NCBI RefSeq assembly: GCF_006345805.1
Contig: NC_043012.1
Span: forward strand, 21,142,001 to 21,206,000
Direction: 5' to 3'
Origin: Octopus sinensis
Taxonomy: Eukaryota
Length of the DNA: 64,000 nucleotides
The position numbers were made by a program, and so were the translations under genes. Below, piece after piece: positions 63,298 to 64,000 of the stretch; position 1 is the first letter of the stretch; the number at the start of each line of letters is the position of its first letter. The notes under the pieces were generated by a model. The model worked only from the letters and a program-made list of their open reading frames with translations, was not told the origin of the DNA and did no database searches.

Positions 63298-63554
63298 CAT
63301 ATATATATATATATATATACGCATATATATATGCATAAACACGCGCACATATATACGTACGCACACACATATATGCACCCATTCAAAGAATGTTAGCATC
63401 TCGTGCGATGCCCCAAAACACAGTCAACAAGAGCATTCACATACAACATCAATGTAAGAGTGTATGGATAGGGAAGCAGCCCTAAAATTAACAGTGAAAC
63501 AACGAATCAGAATGAGATATATATCTGGGTGAGATATATATGAGATATATATCT

Positions 63555-63783
63555 AGGCGGCGAGCTGGCAGAGACGTTAGCGCGCCGGGTGAAATGCTTA
63601 GCGGTATTTCGTCTGCCGTTACGTTCTGAGTTCAAATTCCGCCGGGGTCGACTTTGCCTTTCATCCTCTCGGGGTCGATAAATAAAGTACCAGTTTCGCA
63701 CTGGGTCGATGTAATCGACTTAATCCCTTTGTCTGTCCTTGTTTGTCCCCTCTATGTTTAGCCCCTTGTGGGTAGTAAAAAAT
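63555..63783 (+). mobile_element. SINE family A, full length
   Basis: 16-bp TSD ATATATATCTGGGTGA at 63517-63532 and 63784-63799. Confidence 0.9.
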
Positions 63784-64000
63784 ATATATATCTGGGTGAC
63801 CGACGATCGATTCGAAACAACGGTACGTTGAACACAACTCTTCGGTTAGAGATAATGAATTTAAACCTCCAACAGCCTTTACGAATTGAAAGACACAACA
63901 TTAAGTGAAGAATTGAAAAGAAAAATCAGTCAAATCGTCAATAGAAGGAAAATATACTCTTGATGCACTACGGAAAATGACGTAGCAATCTACGAAAGCT

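Overview
This is AT-rich eukaryotic genomic DNA, dense in microsatellites and transposon relics. The SINE families and repeat make-up look like an octopus (coleoid cephalopod) genome; this is inference from sequence style, not a database hit. There is one credible protein-coding ORF, on the minus strand (ATG 48330 to TAA 46303, 675 aa). It has a very long mixed CAG/CAA polyglutamine N-terminus followed by a RING / B-box1 / B-box2 / coiled-coil (TRIM-type) module in which many zinc ligands are replaced, so it looks like a pseudo-TRIM. An acidic in-frame extension follows its stop codon. The rest of the window is mostly mobile DNA: a decayed autonomous Helitron containing an RTE LINE with a twin-priming-type 5' inversion, non-autonomous Helitrons, an RLE-type LINE fragment inside a (CATA)n tract, a DD37D mariner relic, Penelope-like relics carrying hammerhead-ribozyme motifs, and several tRNA-derived SINE families, including multimers. 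One SINE family has an internal microsatellite that hosts insertions of four different TE classes. Weak splice-signal evidence suggests a possible plus-strand host gene (micro-exon and recursive-splice candidates). Almost all other ORFs in the supplied track are microsatellite translations.
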